Origin: Octopus sinensis
Taxonomy: Eukaryota
Length of the DNA: 64,000 nt
Direction of reading: 5' to 3'
Assembly (NCBI RefSeq): GCF_006345805.1
Contig: NC_042998.1
Coordinates: 12,152,001 to 12,216,000 of the forward strand
Shown here: positions 13,536 through 27,664 of the stretch, piece by piece
How positions within the stretch are numbered: the stretch's first letter is position 1
Layout: every line of letters begins with the position of its first letter
Notes under the pieces: generated by a model
What the model was told of the DNA's origin: nothing
What the model saw: only the letters and a program-made list of their open reading frames with translations
Database searches by the model: none
Program-made: the position numbers and the translations under genes

Positions 13536-16500
13536 CCATTGTTGATGACCTGGGGTTGTGTAGTGGTTGTTCTATCACTCCACTTATAATTGGTTGTGTA
13601 TTCAGCATGCTGTTGGCGTGCAGACTCTATACGTTCATTGTTATAGGTAGATTATCTGTTCTGGATGTTTCAGGGTTATAATTTTCTGTGGTTAACTGTT
13701 GTTGGTTGTCAGTCATGCGAGGATTGAATGTAAATTAATTATTTAAGCTTTCATTGATGGTGTTTTTCGTGGCCTTTTTAAGTTTAACATTATTTCTTCA
13801 GTGCGTTCCATCTGGTGAGAATGCATCGTTCCACGCTGACAAGGAGGCAGTGCATCTTGAAGATGAAACAATCGTTGTGGTAATATAATTTATTTGTTGG
13901 TACAATCCGCCTTGTCTTTTTATCTTTAATATACACCCAACATCCGTCCTGGAATTCTGGGAATTATTACAACGATGTTTGCTAAGTATCACTGATGATG
14001 CCTGGTAGTCATAGGTGGCGAACGTGCTCAGCAAACACACGACCTGGGACTTACACTGAAATAAGATTTCGATACTGCGTTTAATGCGTATTTTCTTAGT
14101 ATTAATTCTTTAACCTTATATGCATACATACATATATTTGAGCGTGTGCACGCGTGTCTGTGTGTACATGTTTGTGTGTATGGATAAACAATGAGAAACA
14201 CCGCCTTTTTCAGAAAGACACGGGAAGGCGATGTTTCTGATAGTTTATCCATACACACAAATACGGATACACCGGATTGTTACGATTCCATGCCACTTTT
14301 TCTCTGTAAGCGCTACAATTCATGAAAGGATTAAAATAATTTTCTATTTTATGGCATTGCAAATACTTACCTCCAAATAGCTGGTCTTTGGTCAATTATA
14401 TAATTTCAATATTTTAACTGTATCCCAACTGAATGTTTATGTAAAATATACAAACACGATACGATAAAAAAAAGCAACACGATATCCAAGGAATGAAATC
14501 TTTATTTCTGTTGTGTAGAACATAAGCTCACTATTTGCTTTTAGCTGAACAATTTCCTATACATATAAGGACGCTGGGTTTTGTTTGTATTCTACAATAC
14601 ATGATATCATAAATATTAAACGTGAAATTTTAAGGATATGTAAACACGCACATAACACAGTAAACACATAGTGAATGGTAACTTTGTTGATTTGTCGATA
14701 AAATACTAATACTGTTCTATATATTGCAAATGCTTTAAGGATGAGAAAAGAAGAATAAATAATAAAGAAAAATAAATCTAATAATAATTCAACAATGTGT
14801 TTTCGTAAGAACAGCCACAGCAACATATTTAATAGAAAATATGTTTAAGGCCTAAAATGAATGTACACATGGAATTGTATCTTTCTTTAAATATGCAATA
14901 AACATATCCGCAATAAGACGTTAAGGAGTATGGTATTATAGTGATTCTGAAGTGTTGAAGTTAAGTTGCAATAAAATCGCCTCCCACTGAAATTTCGAGA
15001 CTGGAATTGAAGCGAAAACCATTTTGAATGAAGTGGTTTTATAACCTCACTTTAACATCCTCAAAGCGTTAGCACTACTAAATTTTGGAGATATCTTCTA
15101 ACATATTTCAAGCCATTGCTTCAGATATTGATCACGTGAACCTATCACAAACTCTTCTATATTTGTAAAACTAAAACAATATCAAAACGAACAATAGACA
15201 AGGTAGGACATCTAGAAATGCTTCACGATTGATATCTGTATAAAATGTCTTTTATTTTTTCACAATTTTCTACTTGTTATGTTGTGATGAAATTTAAGTA
15301 TGTTTCAAATATTTTGCATTTTTCTTCTTGCATAAATCTGAAATATAATAAAATTTTATTATCATTATAGTTGATCGAAAGTTGATCCAAGTGGGAATTA
15401 AAAAGATTGTGTACTATCAACATAGACATAAAAATACCGTCTAACCTATATATATATTTGAAAGATGATCATAAAGTGTCTATACATTGCAAAAGTAGGT
15501 AAAAAAAATCTAAGTTGTCTAATGTTAAGCGGGGGCTTTATTTGTAAATGAGATGATAAGAATAACGTGTGTAATGACAAATAGCTGACGCATTCCGCTA
15601 ACCGAATCTAAAATTATATAAAATATAAGAATAAGCAAGTTAACACACACCTTTAGTAATTCACATGTAAAACTGCCATAGAATTACAACGCACAACTAT
15701 TTCATTAAATTGCACTTTAGAAGAGATTATGCTTATACTTAACTTACACTTAGCCGTTTATCAGAGATCGACAAGGGGCATTATTAACTATGGAGATTAA
15801 AGAAAAACGGATTCAACACTGATGTAACTATTTAGTTTTAATCACATTGAAAACTGGAGTTCTTTTCCTTGATTCCACCGATAAAAATTATCATTAATTC
15901 TAATTACTTTTCTTATTAAGGTTGTAATTTCAGCTGAGTAATTTTATTAAGGTCACTACGTTAATTATATTAGTTGGCACTTTAGTATATGAAACATTTT
16001 TTCTGATTTTCCCAAAGTATTTGTAAAATTTGCGCTTTTTTCTGAAAGATATTTATTAAACATTACATAGCATATTATTTTTCAGTTTCTTTCATTTCTA
16101 AACTAATTGTCAAAACCAGAGTATACACCCCCTTAGTGTTTGTAGGATGTTACTAACCTAAGAGGCATTAGTAGGTGGGAAAGGAAGGCAGACGATGTCG
16201 GCAGAAGTGATAGACTCGACCTTGAGATTGATCTTTGTATTACGTCGAGGGTGATATTTCGTAAAGTCATCATGGAGATAATCGTTACGCTAGAATCAAG
16301 GGTAGGGAAAGTGAAATAGAGGAAGGTGGGAAAATATAGAGCTGGTGAAAAAATAACCTGTAATGAAAAGTATAAAATCATCCAGGTAGGAAAGATTTGT
16401 GGAGCGTGTAGGTTGGGTATTGGGGCTATGCAAGTCTTGTTGTAGCGATGCAGATTCGGGGTTGAAGCGTGGTTCGCTGAGAGGTGGATGGAAGTTGACG

Positions 16501-19500
16501 CAGATACGTTAGATGCAGAAGTTTTTTTCATGTTGTATAACGTACAATTCCACAAGCGGCAGTGGATGAGTTACTAATGAGCGCAGCCTAGTGTAGTATA
16601 TATTTATACAGCATTTAAATGCCAGAAACACCTATGGATTCCGGTCTATTGCAGGCAAGCCGATGATTTTAGTAAAGGACTTTGCTGCTGGTATTTTAAT
16701 TAAATTTGTATATTATCAAAGAATAAGTCTACTACAGTTTATACATCCTACAACACGTCGCCTACAAGTGGGTCTTAAACGTATTGCCCCTGATCAGGTT
16801 AAGTACACAAGTAAAAATAGCATTTGTGTGAGTACAGAAAATCACTAGTACTTTCAGGCGCCGTAAAAATATTTCTTAATGAAGATATGCTACGTCTCAT
16901 GTTCATCATTTGAAATTTATTGAAATGTATATTGGATAATTCAAAAATTAGTGTATTGCTTAATCTTGAATATTGGTTTTGTTATATATCATAACTAAAT
17001 TCTTCATGCCGATTATATATGAACTGGGGACGCACTCAAAGAAAGTCATTGTATCTAAGCAATATACAATGTAAATACGTTTAGGTATTTTAATTATTAC
17101 AATGTTTGATCTTTCAGTCACTACACTAAAGCCACTACTGTTTCGTAGCAATGGTTTATGAGAAAGCATAATAATTATGCATACAATGATGTGTTTTCTG
17201 GTCCTGTGGGGTAGTTTGTCAATTTCAATATGAGGATTTTCCTTCTCACTCGTTGCAGTCAATGAATATTGAATTGATTAGTCGTGAAGCGATCGGAATA
17301 ATTTATGCAATTCTCTAAACTTCAAAGGATATCATTAACTCTATCAGTGTAAATATATTACCTAGGTCTCTGAAGACTATTTTAGTCTAAAATATGTAAT
17401 CATCAACCTCCTATTTGCAGTTTTTCCTGTCTACACTTATTTCGAACTCAATATATCGGTCATGTGTTGCGCCATTAAAGGAATTTTTGACCTCAAACAC
17501 CTCTAGAAGAGGAATAATTTTCACTGTAAAACTAAGTTTATATACAAAAGATTATATAACAAGCTGGGTCACAGACAAATATTAATGATTACGACGATAA
17601 CATCGTCAATAATAGTGATAACTATAATGAATGTCACTCTTGTCATCATCATCATTGCCGCAGTTAGAATGAAACTGTTTCATGGTGATAATATGTTTTC
17701 AGCCGCAGTCATATTTCTACGAATTTTCTGAATTAAAATTAAAGTTCAAATGATATTAAAATTTTTCCTTATGAATTAGAATACGCAATTAGATTCTTCT
17801 TCAATAATCGAAGTAGAATGAGAAATTAAATGTCAAAATTGTCAAACTAAAAGCCAAGTATAGCACAATGATATTTAAGTCCTAGTTATCTTTCTGTCGT
17901 TCTTTTCTTTTTACTGTGTCTGTAATGAAACCTACCATTTTAAAACCAATATCTTTGACGATAAAACTGTCACAGCAAATGTGACAGTTAGTTTCTCTCT
18001 AATTTCCTGTCTAGAATTACCATGATATTTCTTAAAAAGGTTTTCGCGTAGGTGTTGGTTTTATGAGAGTCCAACTTAATAAGTATGCCTGTGGAAGAGA
18101 AAATATATAATAAAAATGAATAAAACCTGGTCTGAAATGTACAACGTTTTTGCTAGCGGTACATTGAGATAGAATTCTTAACAATCCTAGTAGCATATCA
18201 TATGAACTTCATACATTTTATTATGAAGCATACAGAAATTTTAGAATTATATAATATAATTAAAATTAAAATTTTCTCTAAAAAGGTAAAGTATAAAAGT
18301 AAATAGAATACGATAGTTTTAGTACAAAATATGTTAAAGTATCAGTAAATAGATGGATTCAGATTTACATGTCTTGTAGCAGCGTATACATACACATATG
18401 CATGTGTGTGTATGTGTGTATGTGTGTGTTTGCTGAATGGCGTCATATAGATTGCTTGATCTTATTAATATTCAAGATTCTAATTATCATATGACTAAGC
18501 AAACAGACATTTCTCTTAAGAAAATAGTTTAGCCTTAGGTAAACTTTTAGCATCAGACCATTTGTATAGATGAATATCCTCCTCAAAAAAAGGAAAAGGA
18601 AAACAGAAAACAGAAACAAATTAATGAAGAAAGAAAAAGACAAATCAACGAAGAAAAATAATGTAAATTTTGTCTGCATATTGACTTAATAGATAAATTA
18701 TCAAAGCTCAAATGATATTGTATAACCTTTTCTTCGCACTCTATTTCATCATGGCTGTCAGTATGATGTTTGATTTTATTATGTTCACTAAGCGAGTAAA
18801 TCTGGATTTGATTCATTCTGATGAGTTCTTTTGAGTGGTACCGCATTCTCAGACCAATCATTGCTGAAATGTAAATATACGTTTCAATTTCAGTTTTATG
18901 CAATAGATTCTTCGCATCATGTTAAAAAATAAAGGGGAAAAAAAAAGACATCTTTTCATTAGGTTCTTAAAGTAATGTGAATCGAAATAAATTTAGAAAA
19001 CTTTTCTAGTTGACAAAAGTAAAAAAAAAGGTGTTAGAAATGTAGTTCATTGATTAAAAAATAAATGTTATTTAGTCCCAACAACTACAACCTGGGTTCA
19101 TTTCGGCAACATGTATAAATTTGATCTAGCATATATACAAAATTATATAATACTGGTTTTAAATTACAGCACAAGGCCAGCAATTTCGGAGGAGGGGAAG
19201 GTCGATTAGATCTACCCTAGTGTTAACTGGTACTCGTTTCATCGATGATAGACAAATTCGTCCTCGACAAAATTTGAACTCCGAACTTAAGAAATGCTGC
19301 TAAGCATTTTTGCAATGCGAGATAATGATTTTACCAGTTAGCCGCCCTACAATCTTGTATAATTTTAAGGTTAATGATATATATTCTATAAGTACTAAAA
19401 TAAATGCATCAAATAATTTAGCCACACCAGTCTTGGTGATTGTGAGAATATTGAGAGCATATTAAAAATACCCAAGACTAAAATATAGTCATAATTTTTT

Positions 19501-19738
19501 CGAATAGATAAACTGCAAATTAGTTAAATACAATGGTGCTCTAACAAAACTACTGGTTACTACACTACAACATGAAATATAACTGTTGTTTTTACTAACT
19601 ATATTTAATGATGATCCGCTATTGTTGCAATCGTGTTTAATTTACATTTGAACTAGTCTGTGCTATCGGCCTTTCTTATGTAATCAAAGCTATTGTTAAA
19701 AGAAAACGTGAGGATGGCATTTATGTTATTTTTTTCAG

Positions 19739-19916
19739 ATCTGCTCAATCAGGTTTTCCTGTGGCTAAACAACACCGACAACAGCGGCAGCAAGAACAGC
19801 GACAACAACAACAACAACAACAACAATCAAAGCTCACTTATAACGAGTTGATGTGCTATTTCGAAGATAATGTAGTTGATCACATATCCACTAGATTAGG
19901 AAATGAGATTTATTGA
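19739..19916 (+). CDS. Candidate terminal coding exon, polyQ-containing, gene unknown
   Basis: Acceptor gttatttttttcag, then 58 stop-free codons SAQSGFPVAKQHRQQRQQEQRQQQQQQQQSKLTYNELMCYFEDNVVDHISTRLGNEIY*. No upstream exon was identified. Confidence 0.3.
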
Positions 19917-20362
19917 TTTACGTTATATAACATCGGCTAGATAAATGAACATCGATAAATGAATTTGATTGATTGATAGAGTGATTGCTCTAGCATCAAA
20001 TCATAACCGATAATTACTCAAGGGCAAGTACAATGGACACGCTTTTTGATTTCTCATCGAGAAAATTTTCTGAGCGATATTTGGTGCATTTTAAATATGC
20101 ACCAAATATTGCTCATGTATTACCCTTTGGCCTCCTCTAACAAACTATAGGTTACACATTTGAAAGACACTTCTTCAGCTATGTAAATGTCCGATCACGC
20201 CCAAGCGTTTCCTAAATGTCTGTTTGATCCGAGACGATTATCAAAACAAAAAAAAAAACAACTACTAGACTGTTATCTAGCACTACTTTAATGGTTCATG
20301 TATTGATCGAGAGAGTAAGTGTTATCCATGGGCAAGTGTAGTATTCGTAATAGACTATGAAA

Positions 20363-20780
20363 GGCGGCGAGCTGGCAGAATCGGTAGCACGCCGTGCGAA
20401 ATGCTTAGCGGTATTTCGTCTGCCTTTACGTTCTCAGTTCAAATTCCAGCGAGGTCGAAATTGCCTTTCATGCTTTCGGGGTCGATTAAATAAGTACCAG
20501 TTACACACTGGGGTCGATATAATCAACTTAATCCGTTTGTCTGTCCTTGTTTGTCCTCTCTGTGTTTAGCCCCTTGTGAGTAGTAAAAAAATAGATATTT
20601 CGTCTGCCGCTACGTTCTGAGTTCAAATTCCGCCGAGGTCGACTTTGCCTTTCATGCTTTCGGGGTCGATTAAATAAATACCAGTTACGCACTGGGGTTG
20701 AAGTAATCGACTTAATCCGTTTGTCTGTCCTTGATTGTCCCCTCTATGTTTAGCCTCCTCTAGGCAATAAAGGAATAAAT
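20363..20780 (+). mobile_element. tRNA-derived SINE (family 1), one full copy plus a tandem partial copy
   Basis: ggcggcgagctggcagaatcg...gttcaaattcc (A/B-box-like) ...gtaaaaaaata. The body repeats from ~20595. Same family as 25978-26203 and 53056-53270. Confidence 0.85.
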
Positions 20781-22125
20781 AATAGACCATGATGCATGAT
20801 TACTTCAAGTAAATTCAGCAAGTAATTACAAAAACGATTTAAGAGAAGTTACCATCGTTTAGGAGTGAGATAACTGAATATTGCATTGGTATAGATTTCG
20901 ATATTATAGCTATTAAAAGATTACTGAAAGGAATCATTGAATATTAAAGCGATTTTGAGATGATCATACGAGAATGCGAACTACGTATCTTCCTCTTTAC
21001 AGGATAGCACTATGTCCTCTTGGCCTTTTAGGCTATGGCAGTAAATTATGATTGATTACACATGTCAGTATAGGACAAATGTCTATTCGCATAATCATAT
21101 GTTATCATTATTTTTTTCGAAATAATAGCACGTCATCTTAAATACAAATTAAGTAGACGTTTTTGCTCTTCATGGTGATTGATGGAAAGCAAAATTGTTT
21201 TTCATTTGTAAAACTTTCCATTAATTCAAATGTGTAATCATTGTTTCTAATGCTAATATGAATGACGCAATTTGATCGATCAAAATACATTTTATATTCT
21301 GAAAGTGATCATGAGTAAGGATTAATTACGATCTTAATTTGACAATTCCGAGAATTATATAAAACCGAGGAATGAATACATAAATACGCAGTCTATTTTT
21401 CCATGAAAAATACAATACTGAAATAAGTAGGTTTGAAAAGATTGTACGATAGCTATCTGAATTTCTCTATAATATTGTAGCAGCTGGTAAAAGAATAGAG
21501 GAATGATGTTACTCTATTACACTATCAAACAGACTATCAGATGCCTTTATACAGCATATCACTAGTCACGATACGCCTCCACTCTTTGTTCGTTGGCTCT
21601 AATCTATTCCATTTCAGCCTGAAAAGTTTGTGTCATGTTTCGATTCGTCTTGGAGGCCTTCTGAATAGTCTGTTCCTGCAGGTGCCTACCTTTTGTCCAT
21701 ATCTGCTCCTGTGGAACTTGCGCTTTCGGTATTACATGGCAATAACATTCACAGTACATTCCGTTATAGAATTAGCTCGTTTCGAATATCGTCCCACAAA
21801 CTTATTCCTAGCATGGGTCACTCCATTTTCTTTTTCAACCATGGCCTCTCGTTGTCCTTTTTTTTTTTTTGCAGAAACCTACGACTTGCTTGTATTTAAG
21901 TGTGCAGACATGACGGTTATATAGAAGAGACATGCGTGCAGGAAGCTGTTCGTTTGTGTTTTCAGGGCATTTCTGGTCAAGGCAAATGTTTTCATCACAG
22001 CTCATAAAATGTACAAGATTTCTGCGTTCCTTTCTCAGCATTTCTTTACTGTCAGTTCCAAGTAGATGTATTCCTGATTCAGACAAACATTGACACAAAT
22101 GTATACTCCACTTACACTATATATA

Positions 22126-22155
<30 letters not shown>

Positions 22156-22177
<22 letters not shown>

Positions 22178-22291
22178 CGTGACCACCGTGACCAACCAGG
22201 CTATCAGATGTTGCTACACATCGCTGGTCACAATGCGCTTCGAATTGTTTTAGCCTTCAAATGACGGTACCCCGCTGGCTAAGCGAGCAGG

Positions 22292-22296
<5 letters not shown>
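22156..22296. mobile_element. SINE-associated repeat fragment within (TA)n
   Basis: Matches 35876-35995 (atcagatgttgctacacatcgctggtcacaatgcg...ctaagcgagcagg). Confidence 0.7.
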
Positions 22297-22360
<64 letters not shown>

Positions 22361-22995
22361 AAGGGGCCCGAAGTCGATTAGGAAAATCTAAAATATACAA
22401 AAGATACAGTAAAATGAAATGAAATAATACATTTTATTGTATTTTATTTTAAATTATTTTGTATTGTCCTAGGCGACTTCCGGCCCTTTACCGCATATAT
22501 CATTCATTTATTTATTTACTTATTTTACCCCGTATTAACTGTTTTAATAGCCGGTCATTTGTTTTTTAAATTCTAACTGACCAGTTCTATCTCACTTTAG
22601 GCTATCTCACTTTAGGCTATCTCACTTTGAACACTAGGTGGATTGATTGAAAAGCCTACTAGTAAGCAAAAGTGACATTAATCGATATGCATTTTAATAT
22701 GATAAATTCTATTACTTAGTACTACAAACATAATTATTAATAATTATTATTATCATTATCATAACACTTTATTGTATCTTTGCTCCTTCCTTGACCTATC
22801 CTTTTTGCGTAAACAGCTATTATTATTTTCAATTCAACTTATGTACCCCCGTATATAAGACTATCGAACCCAAAACCCTTTTATATGTTTAGTCATTTAC
22901 TTAACGTCCTTGGGAGATACACACGCAACATGACTTGATTCTCAGCATATTCAACTTTTCCTTCGTCTTTTCTTTTCATTTATTTATGTGATTTC

Positions 22996-23110
22996 CACTC
23001 TGATGAAGCTCCATTATTCAATTCGGTTTTATTACCAACTATGATATATATTTTTAGCATAATAAGTGTGATGCCAAAGAACATTGGGAGCAGAAACAGC
23101 TGTTAGATGT
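22996..23110 (+). ncRNA. Degenerate hammerhead motif with long stem II insert
   Basis: cact-CTGATGA-a-gctcc...ggagc-a-GAAA-cagctgt-t. Helix III is palindromic (ACAGCTGT), but stem I is imperfect. Confidence 0.45.
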
Positions 23111-23349
23111 GATGCATATTTTTGTAAACAATTAGTAATTAATTATTGATACAAATCAATTGTTGTTCATCAATATTATCGCTATTTTCGGTTTTCTTAA
23201 AATTTTGACTCCTGTTTTTTATCTGTCTTTACTTATAATTTATGAGCATAACTTGTTTGCCCATGTTTAAATATAGGTAATATACCGGTAGCATAATGGA
23301 AACTTTTATCCCTTAGACGGTTATTTTAACCTCTAACTCAGCAAACATG

Positions 23350-23380
<31 letters not shown>

Positions 23381-23381
23381 A

Positions 23382-23420
<39 letters not shown>

Positions 23421-23451
23421 TTGTGTGTGTGTATGTGTGTGTGTGTGTGTA

Positions 23452-24040
23452 TAAAGGCAAAATTAATAGGGCACAAAAGTGACGGAGATTACTGTAAAAT
23501 TAACTCCAAAGCCACTAAACCACTACACTTAATGTCTGACAAAGGGTGGGGGAAATCGCGATACGGCTAAATACACTAGGGACTTACCTAGTATGTTGCT
23601 TCAGTGGCTTTGGAGTTAATTTGACTGTTAGTTTTACATAAATTATGCTAGTCAATACCCTCCGTCACTTTGGTGACCACTATTAATTTTGCCTTTAGAT
23701 TCTACTTGCTAATAAGCCACTCATTTAATTTGTTGTTGACACTTTTACCGTTTTGAAAATCAACGGCTTTACTTATAAGATTGACAAAGGAAGATGAGCT
23801 TACCATGGGCGTTAAAAGCTGCTGATGACAATTATGGTGGTCTACACCAAAATTCGAAATCGTGATACGGGTATAAACGCCAGGCGCTTACCTCACTTTG
23901 GCAATCATTAAGTATAATGTTTTAGTGACTTTGGAGTAAATTTTGTTCTTATTTTAGCATAAGCGATGCTAGCCAGTACCCTCCGTCACTTTTGTGACTG
24001 CTATTAATATTGCCTTTAGGTTGTAATTGCTAATAAGCCA
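23452..24040. mobile_element. Penelope-like repeat in inverted plus direct arrangement with two hammerhead-like motifs
   Basis: aaaggcaaaattaatag..gtgacggag (~23452-23487) is inverted relative to ctccgtcac..attaattttgccttt (~23660-23697), which recurs directly at ~23980-24020. Motifs at 23532-23568 (degenerate) and 23818-23871 (CTGATGA..aatt/aatt..C-GAAA-tcgtgat-a-cgg). Confidence 0.6.
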
Positions 24041-24049
24041 CCATATAAT

Positions 24050-24083
<34 letters not shown>

Positions 24084-24976
24084 GTGTGTGTGTGTGTGTA
24101 TGTGTGTGTGTTTGTGTGTGTGTGTGGCTGGTAATTTGAATTACAGACACAACTCATTTTTTCCTGCTGAAAAGACTGTTGCAACATGAAATAGATTGTC
24201 TTCCCCAAGGATACAACGTGGTGCCAGTATTCGAACTCACTACCTTGTCATCATGTGTCGAATACCCGCTGACCAATAAGCCACGCTCCTTCACTCATCG
24301 ATATATAGCGAAGAGATAATAAAATAGGTGAAGCAATCGAACCCATTTATCGTAGAAGTCTGCTTACAAACCATAACATTTACATATGAACTTAAATATA
24401 AAGGGTCTACATATAATTCAGTCTAGTGATACTATACAAATCTATCTTTTATTTGTGTTGAATTAATACAACTGTAGAAATTATTTTGGTAAAAACATTG
24501 TTGCTGGAGTTTAGGGCATCTTTTCAGCTGTCCACCAGACCTATATTGAAAGGTTTTACTGGCATGACTATTCTGTCATCTTTCGGGGTTACATACATAG
24601 ACATACACCGGTAAGAAGACTCGTACACTTTATTGAAAATGAATTTTTGTCTCACAGATAGAGTTTCACGCTGGAGACATTTAGATGGAAACATACATAC
24701 GTATGTGTGTATTCTCGCCTGAAGATCGTAGTGGCTTGATATACATTCCCCAAACAAACACGCTTCAACATGCACACTTCGACATACACCAATGCATACA
24801 CACATGTGTGCACAAAGGCCCATACTGACGCGTACCTCACAACTGGTCATTTTGTCATTAACCTCGTTATTAGGGCAAGTGATAGAAATTTACTTCAAGT
24901 CCACGCAGTGATTCTGTTGTTCAAGTATATTTTACATTGGTTTCTGATGTGTTTAAAAGATGAAATATTACTTTAC

Positions 24977-25219
24977 TCACGTTTTATAATGATAGCAGAA
25001 GCGATAGTAGCAGCTGGAGTGTGTTTCATGGCAAAACCAGAAAGGCATGTAGTTTTCACGGCAAAGGTTTCGTATCTTGAAGCAGTTATTACAATTGTAA
25101 TTTTGCTTGTTATGTCGGTTGACTGGATATGGCAAATTACTGTAGCTGCTATAGTAAGCATTACAGTCTGTGATAAATAACAGACTGAGCAGTATCGGTA
25201 TTATTAAAGTCTTCATCAT
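24977..25219 (-). CDS. Small secreted cysteine-rich, Tyr-rich peptide (80 aa)
   Basis: Signal-peptide-like MMKTLIIPILLSLLFITDCNA, then a 59-aa mature region with C-x2-C-x6-C-x9-C-x6-C-x4-C. A strong acceptor (tgctgatttttttttcag) ends at 25244, 24 nt before the ATG. AATAAA lies on the minus strand at ~24628-24633. Confidence 0.75.
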   Translation of the reverse strand: MMKTLIIPILLSLLFITDCNAYYSSYSNLPYPVNRHNKQNYNCNNCFKIRNLCRENYMPFWFCHETHSSCYYRFCYHYKT

Positions 25220-25977
25220 ATCTGTACTCGTGCCTTTTTCCGCCTGAAAAAAAAATCAGCAAAACATCTAAATGAATTAAAAGTATTCATATATTTACGT
25301 TGCCAATACATATTACACATAAATACATTTATATTCAGACCTGATTCATGACGCAAGAATTGAGTCTGAAACCTTTTTTTATTTTGAGCGCAAATCCTGA
25401 TCGAACGCTGACTGACTTTGTCTTTCATTCACCTAATAGTAACGGAATAGAAGCGTATAGAATTACTGTTCCTTTACTAAGGTGATATGTTGTCTTTATT
25501 AAAAATTATTATAGTTTAAAATAGGTTTCATTTAAGTTTTATTGTTAATGTCAATACAATTTCACAAATAATTCTTCACCAAAAGGCACAATTTGCCATT
25601 TACTTCTGATACCAGAGATTCAGTTGAAATATGAATTTAAGGGTAAAGCTAGAGAATTGCCGAAACTACTTTCTAGTTCAATATTCCGCCGAAGTCAGGA
25701 TATATATTTTTACATAGTCAGTCATAATGAGTTCAAATTTTGGCACAAGGCCAGCAATTTCGGCGAAAAGTCGCTTAAATCAAATCCATTGCTCAACAGG
25801 TACTTATTTTATCGACCTCGAGGCGATGAAAGGCAAAGTCGATCCAGGTGGCATTTGAATCTGAAACGCAAAGATGGACGCCAATTTGCCCAACTCGCTA
25901 ACAACTCTGCCAGCTCGCTACCTTACATAGCCAATAATATTAATACAATTATATATTTTGATATTTTTGATAACACC

Positions 25978-26203
25978 GGCGAGCTGGCAGACACGTTAGC
26001 GCGTCGGGCGAAATGCGTAGCCGTATTTCGTCTGTCGTTACGTTCCGAGTTCAAATTCCGCCGGGGTCGACTTTGCCTTTTATCCTTTCGGGGTCGATAA
26101 ATTAAGTACCAGTTACGCACTGGGGTCGATGTAATCGACTTAATCCCTTTGTCTGTCCTTGTTTGTCCCCTGTGTTTAGCCCCTTGTGGGTAGTAAAGAA
26201 ATA
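25978..26203 (+). mobile_element. tRNA-derived SINE (family 1)
   Basis: High similarity to 20363-20592. A diverged minus-strand relative lies at ~25742-25920. Confidence 0.85.
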
Positions 26204-27598
26204 TATATATTTTGATATTTGAAATGACTTAATGGTCTACAAATACCATGTATTTTAAGGCGTTGTGTCTATATTAGAAAACAACATTTCGAGAAATGGT
26301 AAGGGCGTAGGATAACTTTCAGTATCAACAATTTCTGAGCGACTGAAGGAAGGTCTAAGATATATCTTCTCAAAGTCAATCCTCTGTCTTAAAAAAGAGA
26401 CCCTGAATCAGCTTCTAATATTAAAGTGTAAAACCACAGTATGAAATTGCTTTTAGAGAACACTTAAAAGTCTCGCGAATAATAGGAAAATATAGGCTGA
26501 GGTTTGAAACTCATCTTAATTGTGAAAGGTTGCAGCTAGATTAGCCAAGTATTTGTGTTTTTTCGTTAAGTAGAATTAAAAGGTAAAACTACGTCACTTA
26601 TTCCAGACGAAAAATAATGTGTTGTAAAAGTTGTAGAACATTAGTAATCCTTCATCTTTAAGACACTCTAAGAGATAAACGTTATGACGTCGAGTTTAAC
26701 GAAATTGGGAAGCTCCGTGCAATAAATTTAGAAGCGTTTGCATAGATTTAGAGAAATTACTAGTGAAATCCATTCTGAAATATTTGGTGTCACTTATTTC
26801 GTGGGAGAGCAGGTGGAGTAATATCTCCAAATGCCAGTGTACTTTAAGCGAGGTAAATGGAGAGCATTTATAGTAGACTAGTTCTCTAATAGGAAAAGTT
26901 TACAAAGCCAATTAAAGCCTCAACTTTTGTTGAATTTTACTGAACATTTTCGACAGGCATATTTCCAGACGAAGTACTGCAAAAATTATAACATAAATAC
27001 TTCTAAATATTAATCCACGTATACATTGTTTCCTTCAAAAATTAAGAAATTACATGATACTCGAAAATCGTAACACTCAGATTCAACAAAAAATATAAAG
27101 TACATTAAGTGTAAGTATTTTGTAATTGAGATATAAATACTTTTATGATCTCCAGATAAAGTTGTCATCACTTTAATTTGAAATATCTTTAAGTTATAAT
27201 TTTCCTATGTTACGAAATTGAACATTTCTTTCTTTCCATAGAGTTGGTTGTATAATAAGTGGATTTTACTTTTGCTGTCGGAACATAAATTACATCTACT
27301 GTAATTTGAGAATAATTTATTGATTACAAATAAACCTGGTGCTACATCAGTATTCATGCTCTAGTTGAATGCTATATTAAAACAGGAAATATTTCCCCAT
27401 CAGTCGCAATTATATTGTTATATTTTTACTTGAGTTATTGCTTTTGCGGTTATAAGGTGAGAGAAATTATATGAAGAGGCACTGTAGGAAAACTAAGTTA
27501 TCTCTGTTCATTGCAGCACATGGATTTCAGGTCAACAGAACATAATAGGCCGCAACCGTATCTGTTGTGTCCATATCTACAAAAACGTTCATTAAAGG

Positions 27599-27664
<66 letters not shown>

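Noticed and set aside
16133-16555. 140-aa minus-strand ORF, possibly Penelope GIY-YIG-related
   Set aside because: Only a faint C..C..LY resemblance; too degenerate to call.
18583-18903. Minus-strand ORF with an acceptor-like site near 18862
   Set aside because: The donor is weak, there is no recognisable motif, and the alternative frames stop.
20363-20460. tRNA-like sequences at SINE heads (also 40526, 57615 and 59013)
   Set aside because: They continue into SINE bodies, recur as dispersed copies, and lack a complete cloverleaf. They are not tRNA genes.
24770-25180. 136-aa plus-strand ORF
   Set aside because: It is the antisense shadow of the Cys-rich peptide gene plus CA-rich sequence, with no recognisable features.
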